Assembly: GCA_043228905.1 (NCBI GenBank)
Contig: JBHGNT010000107.1
Location: forward strand, 20,364-84,363
Length of the DNA: 64,000 bases
DNA from: Azolla caroliniana
Taxonomy: Eukaryota > Plantae > Polypodiophyta
Direction: 5' to 3'
Shown: positions 23,523 through 35,349 of the stretch, in pieces
How the letters are laid out: every line of letters begins with the position of its first letter
Numbering within the stretch: position 1 is the first letter of the stretch
Translations under genes and position numbers: made by a program
Notes under the pieces: generated by a model
What the model saw: only the letters and a program-made list of their open reading frames with translations
What the model was told of the DNA's origin: nothing
Database searches by the model: none

Positions 23523-25817
23523 ATGCTCCGATACTTGGCCGACCTGGCTACACCGTTGCATGCCGCCGCACATCGGACACCATTCCAGTGGACCGACACC
23601 GAGGATAGGGCGGATAGGGCCCTCAAGGTACTATTGTCGCAAGCACCGGTAGTGCAGCCTCCGGATTGGAGTAAAGAATTTCATGTGTTCGTGGACGCCT
23701 CCGACATCGCAATCGGAAGTGTACTGATGCAGCTTACGGAGCCAAACTGGTACCGGCCAGTGTACTATGCCAGCCGAAAGCTATCCCAAGCAGAACGGAA
23801 CTACTCTACCACGGAACGGGAAGCTCTAGGGATGATCTACAGTGTGACAAAGTTTCGGCATTATTTATTGGGAAGGAAGTTTTCCTTCCATGTAGATCAT
23901 TCGGCACTCCTTTACCTGGTGTCCAAAGCGTCACTCACCGGCAAATTGGCCCGGTGGACCTTACTGTTACAGGAATTCGAGTTTGAAATATTCCACCGAC
24001 CCGGTATACAGCATGCCGTGGCGGATTACTTAAGCCGATTAGAGTCCGGAGAGACGGGTGACGGAGTAGCGGATGAGTTTCCGGATGCGGAGCTGTTTCG
24101 AGTCACTACAGAAACGGCAGCAGATGAGACGGTGGCACAGGAAAACAAGTGGCTCACAAACATGCACCAGTTTCTGAGCACAGGACTGCCTTCGGAAGAG
24201 ATGAACGGGGACGAACGGAAACGCCTGGCAGTGCAAAGCCGACATTTTTGCTTACTGCAAGACACACTTTACCACAAGGGCGCGGACGGCATATGGAGAC
24301 GGGTTGTGCGCAACGATAAAAAGGACCTAATACTGAGGGAAGCCCACTACGGAGTTGCCGGAGGTCACTATGCCGGAAATGCGACGGCTAGGAAAATATG
24401 GCAAAGTGGCTTATGGTGGCCAACGACATTAAGCGATGCGGTACGGTACGCAAAAGAATGTGACCTATGCCTGCGAATGGGCCAGCCAACGGAGCAGGCT
24501 CGTATGCCACACCAGCCGGTACTACCACTCGAGCCATTCCAGAAGTGGGGGCTGGACTTTGTTGGACCGTTCAAACCACCAGCAATGAGAACGGGTAATC
24601 GGTACGTCATCGTCGCGACGGATTACTCCACGAAATGGGTGGAGGCCAAAGCTTTACGGTCGTCGGCAAGGACCGTTGAGGCAGTCGGGAAACGTTCGGA
24701 CCCTCAGACGGAGGGAACACCGGCTCCCTATACTGAGACTCCCACGCCAAGGGAGGAACCGGCACCGGTGCGCATGGCACCGGAATCAGAAGCCCCGGCC
24801 CCACCGGCAACACTGGCAAGTCCCATCCCGCCAGAGCCAGAAAGGTCAATGCAGCCTCCCTCGGCCAACCAAGAAGAAGCGCAAGGGGAACCAGGACAGC
24901 AGGGTGGTCCACAGGCAAAAACGGAATTGCAACTTGGCGCAATCAGGAGGGACCACCCATCTACAAGTGAGCCCATCCATCAAACCTCCGGGCAAACGCA
25001 ACAACAAGGCACCAGTAGCCTGTGGCTCCGGTGGATAGGTGAACAGATTGTCGGAGCAGTGGGGTATATTGAGGCGGAAGAAAGAGCGCAAAGCGAACGG
25101 TTGCTCGTCACAACCGAACAACTAGAGACGGCCCGGTCCAGAATCCGGTGCCTTGAAAAAGACTTGGATCATGTCACGACAGAGATGGCCAAAATGGCCT
25201 TAACGGCAACACAGATCCAATCACCGATGACTCCGGTAAGTGTACAGAATAAAGAAACAGATCGACCTGTACATACCAATAAGACCCCGGCAACGGAAAC
25301 CGTTCTGGCGAGAGATGCGGCACAAGCCCAGGAGCTTGCGGAATTGAGAGATGAACCTGCCGCACAAGAAGCGCTAAGGAGCCGTGAACGGGAATTGAAG
25401 ACAGCGGCCGAAGCCGAATTAAAGAAGACTACTGAGAACCTCCGCCGGGCAGAGGAGAGCCTCCGGAAAGGCCATCAAGCGTACGACCGGCTAAGGGAGG
25501 AAAAAGACAAAGTGTTGCAGGAAAAGGACAAGCTGCGGAAGACGGCGAAAACAGAAATTGAACGGCTAAAGGAAGAGCTCTGCCAACGGAAGGACCGCGA
25601 GGACCGGGCCCGTCGACAGATCAACGCACGGCTCAAGCAAAAGACAGATGATTTTGAGCACCTGCACCAGGACTACAAACGGCTGGAAACGGAGCATAAG
25701 GAACGGATGGCCGAGCTCCAACAAGAAGTTGATCGGGCCGCAACGGTGATCGCCGACGAACATGCGGAAAATACAAGATGGTTGGACGAGGCGGAGAAGG
25801 TCCGGATGGAGCTCTAG
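23523..25817 (+). pseudogene. RNase H and integrase N-half fused in frame by deletion to the extra-ORF coiled coil
   Basis: Integrase sequence stops at ..KWVEAKALR (about 24659) and switches to Pro/Glu-rich and coiled-coil sequence homologous to 55905-56786. Confidence 0.85.
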
Positions 25818-26337
25818 AGGCAGCAGCAGGAAGAAAAGGAGAGAGCGTCAATGGTATTGCAGAAATTACAAAGCACATATCAAAGGCAATTGACGCATTA
25901 CAAGGAGCAGGCGGAAGACAACGTCAAAATCATCAAGCAACTGAAGGAGGAACGGCAAGCGGCGGAAACCAAATCGCAATTGGGAACGAGCCGGATTCAG
26001 TCCATCCTTCGGGCATGGCTGAATTAGACAAAACACTTGATTGACGAAAGATCCGTAAGATGGTGGACAAAGTGGGCACAAAACGCGGCGGAACTCCAAT
26101 TGCTACGGGCAGACGTGGCAAACCGGCGGAAGGAAGGAGATGATTGTTATACGTTGACTTCCGATGATTTCACCGCCATACGGGACGAGCTGGCCGACGA
26201 CTTCCAAGTCCTGGCGGATGAACAGCTGGCGCAGGTCCGGCAACTCGTAGCTCAGCTAGACGATGATAGGCTGGACGCTCAAATCCAGTTTGAAAGCTAC
26301 GAGCGGTCCCGGGTTCGGGAAGAAAAAGCACGAGAAG

Positions 26338-27228
26338 CGGCACATTCGATGCCTACGATCGGACGGAGGAAAGGAGTACTTCTCCGACGAGTTCACCTCC
26401 TACCTCCAAGGTGAAGGAATTCGTAGAGAATTCTCATGCCGACACACTCCCCAACAAAATGGAGTTGCCAAAAGGAAGAATCGGCAAATACTTGAGGTAG
26501 CACGTGCCATGATGCATGAGAAGCACATGCTGAATTTCTATTGGGCCGAAGCGGCATCCATGGCCGTTTATCTCATGAACCAGTGCACCACCAATGGAGT
26601 CCATGAGATAAATCCATATGAGCTCCTCGTCGGAAGGAAGCCCATCCTCTCGCACCTCAAGGTGTTCAGAAGCATTGCAAATGTACGCATCCCGAACGAA
26701 AGTCGAGAGAAGCCCGACGCGAAGTCGGAAGAATGTATCCTCATAGGATACTTGTCCACGAAAAAGGCATACAAGTGCTTCAACCCTTCGACCCGAGCGG
26801 TGCGGATAAGTCGCGACGTCGTTTTCAATGAATTGTCATTTTGGTATAAGCCCGATGTGACTCCATCCGACCCGATCGAGGAAGAGTTGAACGCCAACTC
26901 GGACGACGAAACTCGGGCAAGTCCTCCACCGAAGGACAATCCAAGCTCTACCGAGCTAATTGGCCCACAAGAGCCTCCACGCGATGAAAACACGTCGCAG
27001 CCAAGTCCGACATCGGACAAAGGCAAAGGTGAGATGGCCGAATACGAAGTCGAGGTCCACCCCGACGACCGTGATTCGGATGATTTGGCTCGCTCACTAG
27101 ACAGTGAGTTTGGTGTACCCATCATGAGGACACCCGGAGTAAAGAAGGTGCTCACATCGACAAACGAGAAACTCCGTCGCTCATCACGAGCGAAGACCCA
27201 AGTCACTCGTTACGCCTACAACGAGTAA
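26338..27228 (+). pseudogene. Copia A integrase core and C-terminus
   Basis: IRCLRSDGGKEYFS, TPQQNGVA, HLKVF and ISRDVVFNE motifs. Confidence 0.92.
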
Positions 27229-27999
27229 ATGGCCCATCACTATGCCCTCGCGATGAAGGTAGTGGCTGAACAAGTGCCCGAGGATCCAAGCCTTCGTCAT
27301 AGGCTTGAGGGGGAGAATAAGCCGCGAAGAGCCGCGCAACAAAGCCGTGGAGAGCCGCGCAACGAGGCCGCGGAGAGCCGTGCAACGAGGCTGCGAAGAC
27401 GCGGAGAGCCGCGCAATGAAGCCGCGAAGATGCGAAGCAAGCCGCAAGCCGCACCGATGCCAACGAAGCCGAAGGAAGCTAAACCAGACGTTGGACGCCT
27501 CACACTTGAGCTTGAGGGGGCGTGTTGAGATATCAAGCTCAACTAGTTTAATCTAGTTAGTCAACACATGTAACTTAGTAGTTACCTAGATCGAATCTAG
27601 TTAATGTGTTGACCTTAAGCCTTTAAATACAACCTTGTACTTAAGTGGAATATTCTACATCCTCCACTCCTTAGTACATTTAATGTAGGACTTACACATA
27701 AGTACCTATGTTCTACCCACACATGTGCACCTTTGCACATGGGTTGTATATATACCTCATTGTGGGTATTTTTGTATGTTGATGACACTTTTCAATATAG
27801 TCAATCATCCCCCATTTATCTTCGTGTTCATAAGTGCAACTTCCTCTCTCTCTCTCTTCCTCTCACACACTCTCACATGCATATCATACTATGATAGGAT
27901 GTCAAGAATAGTGGGCAACAAGGCCTGCCAATGGAAGGAATCGGCTCATTAAAATGCCTCGAATTGAAATGTTTCAATTGACAAGGCCCAATGTGCATA

Positions 28000-28690
28000 G
28001 CAAATGCCCCACTAAGCAAGAGTATTATAATTTTATGACACATCGGTCTTGATATAACCAAAATGACATGTCCACGTCCTCTAATCAACAAGTACAAGAA
28101 CTCATTGCATAGTGAAACGCGAAACTTGTTGACCTGATTATAAACGATACCATCTCATAACAGATGGTCCTGAAAAGAAAATGAAAGTCAAGACAAACTT
28201 ATTGTTAGTTGTTCCCTCGCCCATAAGAGTCAATTTGGTTACCCGAGCCCAACATATAGGTCACCCACAATCTACACCAACATGAGCAAGGGATGCAAAC
28301 ATTGACACAAAGAAAGTGAAATCCACGGAAAATGCAATCCCAAAAAAACATCAAACCACACTACCTTAGTCGTATGCCCAGTTCAAGATGGCAAAATCAC
28401 TAGAGAATCCATCAACAAACAAAATGAGGCATTGCCTACCCGCCTAGGAGTGGTTTCAAGAGTACACCACTCTACTTTGACATGAAGAAAAGCAACATGA
28501 ACCCAACAAACCAAGCCTCAATTTTCGCCAACTCAAGGAATGATCATTCGCTCAAGACCATACTAACAAAATAAATGTTGGAGAGAAACCAGTTAGTGAG
28601 GACCTATCATATACTAATACACATGTTGCACTTTGACAACAAAGCTCTCTCAGGAGGTGTAAAACAACATGGAAAGTGGTTTGTGGGTGG
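28000..28690 (+). repeat. Inverted paralog of about 40600-41880 (far upstream flank of U3)
   Basis: 28432-28506 matches the reverse complement of 41364-41440, and 28070-28113 matches that of 41753-41795. Alignment continues across the MITE, which is absent here. Confidence 0.85.
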
Positions 28691-29029
28691 GAATATGAAA
28701 GGCACTCACTTTACAAGCAACCTGTTGAGAGACAAGCTCAACATTTGTGCGTAATACGATGCGTAAAATCGGTACGCGTAACATGGTCGTAGCGATGCGT
28801 AAACCGTGAGGCCGTTTGGAAGATATTCCTCATAAGGAATAGTTTTGGGAGTAAGTGTCGAGGCTCATTTATGAGCAGTCAAGTACTGTCAGTACTTGTG
28901 TCAGCCCGATTGTCAGGGCTTGTATAAAAATGCTCACTGAGCACATCCTATGTACAGATTGAGTATTATCTTTTTGAATTAAGTTCTGTGTTTACTCTCT
29001 CTCTCTGTCTCTCCCGTGCTACCAAAATG

Positions 29030-32000
29030 TAATGTTTTAGTACTACCAAAATGCCCAGTTGTATATGTGTCATGACAATTTTGTACTATTCGAAGGCGGC
29101 AAGAACCATTAGGAACATACAAAAGTTCTTTAAAGAAGAGTAATCCATCATGGTATTTGAATTGCCGATAGTCCGAACCTGGTGGTTGCGACTGTGAAAA
29201 CGACGCTCGAGAGGGATCAGTTTGTGCTAGTATAGCTTGGGCGAACGCATCTGTCTTCAAGTCTTCACGTATGGTATCGATAACGCGGGAATCCATGGGC
29301 ATGTCAAAGATCTGTGTTGCTTGTAGTCGTGCCGGTCCCAAGATGACTGATAATGCATCGGCCTTCCCTTGGTGCTTCCCCGGACAATATGTAATTTTGA
29401 AGTCGAAACGTGTGAGAAAGTGGGCCCACCGAGCTTGACGTCGATTCAACACACGAGCATCCTAAAAGTAGGCAAGATTCTTGTGGTCACTAAATACGGT
29501 GACTGGATGAGAGGATCCCTCCAGAAAATGCCTCCATTGCATAAAAGAATCCACTATTGCCAATAGCTCCTTATCATGAATTTCATAGTTGATTTCGGCG
29601 GCGTCAAACTTACGTGAGTGAAAAAGCCACAGGATGTAGCTTCTAATCATTCCCCTGTTGTGATAGAATGCTCCCCAATGCAAAATCCGATTCGTCAGCT
29701 TCGATAATGAATGGTTTTTCCGGATCGACATGAGCTAGAATTGGAGCCGATGTAAATGCCTTTTTAAGACTCTCGAAAGCCATGTCCGTTTCTTCAGACC
29801 AGATGAACGGTTGTCCCTTCCTGGTAAGTTGTGTGAGAGGTAGAACGATCTTTGAGTAATCTTGTATGAACTTCTGGTAAAAATTGGCAAAGCCTAGGAA
29901 GCATTGCACATCCCGCACCGAACGCGGAGTCTGTCATTCTACCACCATTTTGACCTTAGCTGGGTCCATGGAGATGCCTTCTGACGAAATGATGTAGCCG
30001 AGAAATCCCACTTGGTTGCACCCGAAACTACATTTTTCTAGCTTTGCATACAGACCATGTTCTCAAAGTCGTTTTAGTACTAATAGTACATGAGAATAAT
30101 GTTCTTCTTGGGTCTTTGAATAATTTAACCAGTAGATCATCCAAATAGATGATCAAACAATCATCCAATAGATCTCGGAATATATCATTAGCCATGTGTT
30201 GGAAGACTATCGGCGCGTTAGTTAGGCCGAACGGCATGACCGTATACTCGAAGTGCCCATATCTAGTGCGAAACGCGGTCTTCCATTCGTCTCCTGGTCG
30301 GATCCGTACGAGGTTATATGCTCCCCGTAAGTCGATCTTCGTGAAGAACCTGGCACTCTTGATCCGTTCTAAAAGACTTGAGATAAGGGGAAGAGCATAC
30401 CTATTCCTGATTGTAACCTTATTCAAGCCACGGTAATCTACAACGAGACGAAGCGATCCATCCTTTTTCTTGACGAAGAAAATGGGCACGCTGGATGGAG
30501 ATTTCGAATGCCGAATGAAACCATTTTCCAAATTCTCCTCTATATAGGCCCGAAGGACTTCCAACTCGGTTGGTGACAAATTGTAGATCGGTTCCCATGG
30601 CGGCTCTTTTCCCAGTTGTAAATCGATGGGGCAATCGTACGGTCGATGATGAGGAAGTGTGTTGGCTTGAACTTTATCGAACATATCGGCGTAATGACGA
30701 TACTTCTCGGGAAGTTGAATGGTGGATTCTTCTTTAGTGGTGCTGGAGGGGTTTACTGATATTGTGAAGAGGAACATTTCCTCCTTGCGCCCTTCTTTAC
30801 ACAACTGACATAGCGAAATGGTTGCCATCTTCTGAGTTGACCCTTGGGTTTGTCAACACCGGATTTCTCTTGTTCTCCAATCTATGTCTGGGTTATGTAA
30901 CTCGAACCACGGTAATCCTAAAACTATAGGATGTTCTGGGATACTAATAATATTAAATGATACTACACATGCTAAGTTATCTAGGACAATATTAATGGGC
31001 TCTAACTCTTCTATGATATTTCCGGAAGCAATGGGACGTCCATCAATGACTACTACAAAGGCTGGACACTGGAGTTTTCTTAGGGATATCTTATGAGCTT
31101 GAGCAAATTTCTTATCCATAAAGCAAGAGTTAGCTCCGGAATCTAGGAGTCCTAGGACATGTACTGGAGGGGTACTTTTAGTACTAACTATTACTTGGGC
31201 TACGAACACATCACTAACTTGCTTAGAGGGAATGGAACCACTAATGGGTTGCACAGATCTAGGGTTGTCCAACCAAACGGCTCCTATTTTGGCTGGACTT
31301 AGTCGTTTAACTCTTCTTCTAACTGACTAAGGACATCACATTTGTTCGCTAGATCTGGGCTATTAGTACTATTAGGACTATCATATATCGTTACTGAAAT
31401 AGGCTCAAGTTTAGTACAATTAGAACTAGCGACTATTTGGTTTACCTGTCTTCTTGGCCTATAGGGGAAATTTATTGTGATATGTCCTGGTCCACCGCAG
31501 TAAAGACATAGTCGATTTGTACGGCGTTGCTGCTTTTCTTCTTCGGATAATGGCCCTCGACGACGTGTAGTGTCAATCTCCATCGGAGTCCGAGTATTCG
31601 CTGGAGGCGCATTATATGACTCCCTCGGAAAAGGTCTTGCTACCACCAAGGCGTAGGTGGGCTCTGATCTTGCCCTCGGCATCTGTAGCTGTCGTTCCGA
31701 ACGTCACTCAAAGAGGCGGTTGTCACATCTCACCGCGCGACTGATTGCTTCTGTTAAGGACTTTGGCTCTTCGGGGAAGGTCAAGAGTAAATCCTTGACG
31801 TCGTTGCATAAACCATAACGGAAATGCTCCATCAACGCTTGATCATCCCAAGGGATATCGGCGGCGAGTAGGCGAAAATCTGCAGCGTATGCGGAGGCTG
31901 GACGATCACCTTGGAGTAATGGCCGAATTTTGTTGATTGCGGTCCTGATGCTGTCAGTATCTCCGAAACATGCTTTAAACTCACCTAGAAACTCTTCAAA

Positions 32001-32949
32001 ATTGTTGAGTAACGGAGATTCCTTTTCTAATAGTGGAGCGAACCATGCCAACGTTGAGCCACTTAACAAAGTTCCTACTAAACCCACTTGTGATGCATCG
32101 GTGGGATATTGGGAAGGATGCATTTGAATAACTAATCGTACCTGGTTAAGGAACCCTCTAAACTGCGATCGCGTTCCATCAAACTTCGTGGGAAGGCCAA
32201 TCTTGGGTTCTTTATGAATACCTTGTGTTCTGGGCCCTTGTTGTTGCATCGCTACGATGGTTGCTTCGAGTTGTTACACTCGTAACGCAAGTTCCCCATG
32301 TTGTTGTTGCGTTTGCTGCCTTTCTAAGGAGATTTGCTGAAGATCCCCCAGCAACCATTGGTTTTCTTGTTCCAAAGCATGGAACTTCTCTTTCAAGCAT
32401 TGAAATTCTGAGAAAACAGATTGATATTCTTCAGCGCTAATAGTGGCCATGGGATGAAAGAAAAGAGGAATAAGAGATTAGTAGGAAATGAGAGAGACAG
32501 AAGGTAACCGAAATTGGTTGCACCGTGTCAGGAACAGTACCAAGACAGAGAAGGAATTAGTACTAAACGAAGGATTAGTACTATGAGAGGTGTAGAACTT
32601 CTTTGAGAGAAGGAAGAAGTGAGCAAGACAGAGAGAAGGAGAGAGATCGAGAGAGGGAGAGAGTGATGATAAGAAAGATATGTATTATGTGAAGAGAATA
32701 TACAATGGTGGCTAAAAGGCTTAAGACTGGCGTTGAACCAATTTGGTTCAACATAATGCCTAGTGCCCTCTTTTATAGTGTTTTCAGGAGTAATCCTGAA
32801 GCTTCTAGATTGTTCCAGAGAAATCTGGAATATACATTAATTTCCTATAATAAAATGTAAATGAAAATAATATCCTACGTATTACAATAGATGATCTAAT
32901 GGTCAAGAGCTCGACCCATATAACCTAAGGTCATGGGTTCTTTATGACA
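29030..32949 (-). mobile_element. Second, decayed and 3'-truncated copy of the chromovirus
   Basis: 5' LTR 32526-32949. Gag ORF pieces 31299-32450, PR 30853-31272, RT 30028-30828, RH and IN start 29030-29918. Closely similar to 807-4850. Confidence 0.95.
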
Positions 32950-33137
32950 CACTATCGAGCACCGAAGCTAAGTACCGAGGAGCGGGTGTCGCGACATGCG
33001 AAGCCATATGGTTGAAATGGCTACTTAAGGACCTGCAAGAGGAGGTGTCCGATTCGACGGCGATCTACTAGGACAACCTCAGCGGCATCCAGCTCGCGAA
33101 GAACCCTATTTTCCATGCACGGACCAAGCACATTGAG

Positions 33138-33842
33138 GTGCACTACCATTTTGTCTGTGAGCGTGTCCTTTCTGGTGAAGTCGAACTTCAGTATGTTCCG
33201 ACGAATCGGCAGACCGCCGACATCTTCACCAAGCCTCTTGGTCTAGACAAGTTACGGCAATTCTCAGGTGTGCTTGGGTTGCGTCACCTCGACGTGCCAA
33301 ACTTGAGGGGGAGAGACGTCCCAGGTGACCACGGAAGGGAGCGGGAAAGGAGCGGAAAAGACCGTAGCGCTAAGTCGGATGACGAATTCGATTTCGGATC
33401 GATTGAAGAAGCCGAGGGCGGATCCGTGGAAGAGTCTGAAAGCGGACATAAGGGGAGCAGTCGGAAGAAAGAGCCAAAGTCAACCAAGCATGGAGGAGAT
33501 GACGCCGTCAAGGGCGAGAAGACCGAAGACAAGTTGGAGACAGCCAACTCGGACGAGAGCGAAAACCGATCGGAAGTAGCCGAGTCGGTTTGGATGTTTG
33601 ATTCGGATGCACTGAGTCAACCAAGGACCAAGCGGAGAAGAAGGCAGCAGGAGAAGCGCCAACACCGCGACATCAAGGGAGCTGTGAAGGGTCGTGGGAG
33701 CAGACAAGCCGACCAGAAGGGTCAAAGCGCGCGGAGTCAAACAGGCCGAGGAGCGCAAGCGAGGCGAGGAGCTAGGAGAAGCCGGAGCGTAGATCCGAAG
33801 GAGCAGGCAGAACCTCAAGTTGAGCTTGAGGGGGAGTGTTGA
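33138..33842 (+). CDS. Copia C RNase H end with a charged C-terminal extension of about 175 aa
   Basis: The frame stays open from ADIFTK through LRGR to ELEGEC* in the LTR. Homologous extensions occur at 53760-54300 and 45450-46070. Confidence 0.7.
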   Translation: MHYHFVCERVLSGEVELQYVPTNRQTADIFTKPLGLDKLRQFSGVLGLRHLDVPNLRGRDVPGDHGRERERSGKDRSAKSDDEFDFGSIEEAEGGSVEESESGHKGSSRKKEPKSTKHGGDDAVKGEKTEDKLETANSDESENRSEVAESVWMFDSDALSQPRTKRRRRQQEKRQHRDIKGAVKGRGSRQADQKGQSARSQTGRGAQARRGARRSRSVDPKEQAEPQVELEGEC

Positions 33843-34497
33843 GAGACAAGCTCAACATTTGTGCGTAATACGATGCGTAACCAATGCGTAGATTGGGTGC
33901 GTAAAATCAGTACGCGTAACATGGTCAGAGCGGTGCGTAAACCGCGAGGCCGTTTGGAAGATATTCCTCGTAAGGAATAGTTTTGGGAGTAAGTGTCGAG
34001 GCTCATTTATGAGCAGTCAAGTATTGTCAGTACTTGTGTCAGCCCGATTGTCAGGGCTTGTATAAAAGTGCTCTCGGAGCACATCCTATGTACAGATTGA
34101 GTATTATCTTTTTGAATTAAGTTCTGTGTTTACTCTCTCTCTCTGTCTCTCCCGTGCGTACTGTGCAAACCTAAGCTTTCCATTAAACCTGCGTTTTCTG
34201 TTGTTCAGTTTCCTGTATTGCTTCCGCACACAATTCTTTTCACAACCCACGTGAATACACCCACCTTGTTTCACTTCATTAGAGCTAAGATATGCAATTG
34301 ATCGGTATGAGCGCTTGACGTACGCTTGTGATAGACATAGTCAGTGTAGCAGCTTCTACTTACACACACACAAGGTTGAATAGATGTATGTACGTGTGAA
34401 GGTTTCAACTTTCCCCCCACAACTTAACAAGCTCTAGAAGACACATATATACACACCATTCTACTTGATCAATTTTCTTGAAGATGTTATGGGTTTA

Positions 34498-34540
34498 ATC
34501 CCACATAGAAAGACATTCACACAATTGAAGCTTTTATATA
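34498..34540 (+). promoter_or_regulatory. Plant snRNA Pol III promoter (USE plus TATA) of U3 copy 1
   Basis: ATCCCACATAG at 34498-34508 (consensus RTCCCACATCG) and TTTATATA at 34533-34540, 24 nt apart, which is the Pol III-type spacing. Confidence 0.85.
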
Positions 34541-34563
34541 AGAATGAGTAAAGCTCTTCAATC

Positions 34564-34798
34564 ACGGCTATACTTGAACATGATTTGTTCTATAGTTTGT
34601 ACCACTTGTGTGAGCAATTCTATGCTTAGACAATGTCTACACTACTCGGAAGATGAAGTATGTGCTCATCTGCCAGAGCGCCAGAATACACTATCAAGCC
34701 TCTCCTTCCTCGCCAGAGGAAGAAGAGGCTGTTAATGACCGTCCTGCAACTTGCATAATTCCCACCTGTAGTGAAGGCAGATGAGCGATCTGAGGAGT
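34564..34798 (+). pseudogene. U3: U3 snoRNA, decayed copy
   Basis: Starts ACGGCTATACTTGAACATGATTTGTTCTATAG. GAC box, box A, box B (AGAGCGCC) and box C (TAATGA) are mutated. Box C' and box D (CTGA) are retained. T5 run at 34803-34807. Confidence 0.88.
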
Positions 34799-35349
34799 TC
34801 CATTTTTATTAATGATTGATTCCTTTTTACTATCAAAACAACGTGTCTTTGATCGCAAGACCTTTGACCTTGTCCGTCTAGTAGGAACAAGAACTAATTG
34901 CATGGTTCCATCGCGAAGCCTCATGTCCTAGCTGCGAGAGAAGACATCTAGTGCCCAATTGTCGAAAGAAGAAAATTTAAGAGATTTGTTACAGACTTGT
35001 TGTCTATCGTACCCTCGATAATAGAGGCAAATGTGATCACACATGCCCAACGAATAGCTCACGAATAGCGCACAAGGGACATAGATTGCAGTATGCAAAA
35101 GCTACGAAAGACACAATTGAAAAAATTACCTCGCAATGAAAATACCTACCAAAGGACCAAGGACGGTTACTTGCCCATCTCGCAAATGATCCAGACCGCA
35201 TCGTGGAAAAACATGTCGAAGAGTACATAAAGCTAGTTTGATAAGAAGACGAACAAAAGACACCCAACTTATCGAGCTTAAATTTCAACCAACTAAAACA
35301 ATGGGTAAGTTGTGCAAATATCCCTAATCTTGTATTAATATCTTGAGCA

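Larger units (their letters stand above)
19274..26337 (+). mobile_element. Truncated non-chromovirus gypsy D: partial LTR, gag-pol, extra-ORF coiled coil
   Basis: LTR part to about 19698, then PBS-like TTTTTGGCAACCACG (tRNA-Arg-like, Athila/Tat-style spacer). Gag has zinc knuckles; PR IDGGFG, RT FLDD, RH VDASD. No 3' LTR. Flanked by a 52-bp duplication. Confidence 0.9.
13896..27889 (+). mobile_element. Ty1/copia 'A' (gag-PR-IN; RT/RH absent) hosting nested insertions
   Basis: 5' LTR 13896-14346; tRNA-iMet-type PBS TGGTATCAAAGC at 14347-14358; gag ATG at 14523; PR VDSNASHHMT; IN HSDVWGP/LRSDGG/QQNGVA; PPT at 27513-27522; 3' LTR from 27523, truncated at about 27889. Confidence 0.9.
28723..34242 (+). 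mobile_element. Copia C with a large internal deletion and a nested chromovirus
   Basis: 5' LTR 28723-29019 (truncated), 3' LTR 33837-34242, TSD CAACC (28718-28722, 34243-34247). RNase H remnant from 32950 (LSSTEA..HARTKHIEVHYHF..ADIFTKPL). Confidence 0.92.

Noticed and set aside
34860-35270. Possibly coding-like stretch downstream of U3 copy 1
   Set aside because: Interrupted by stops and no motif recognised.
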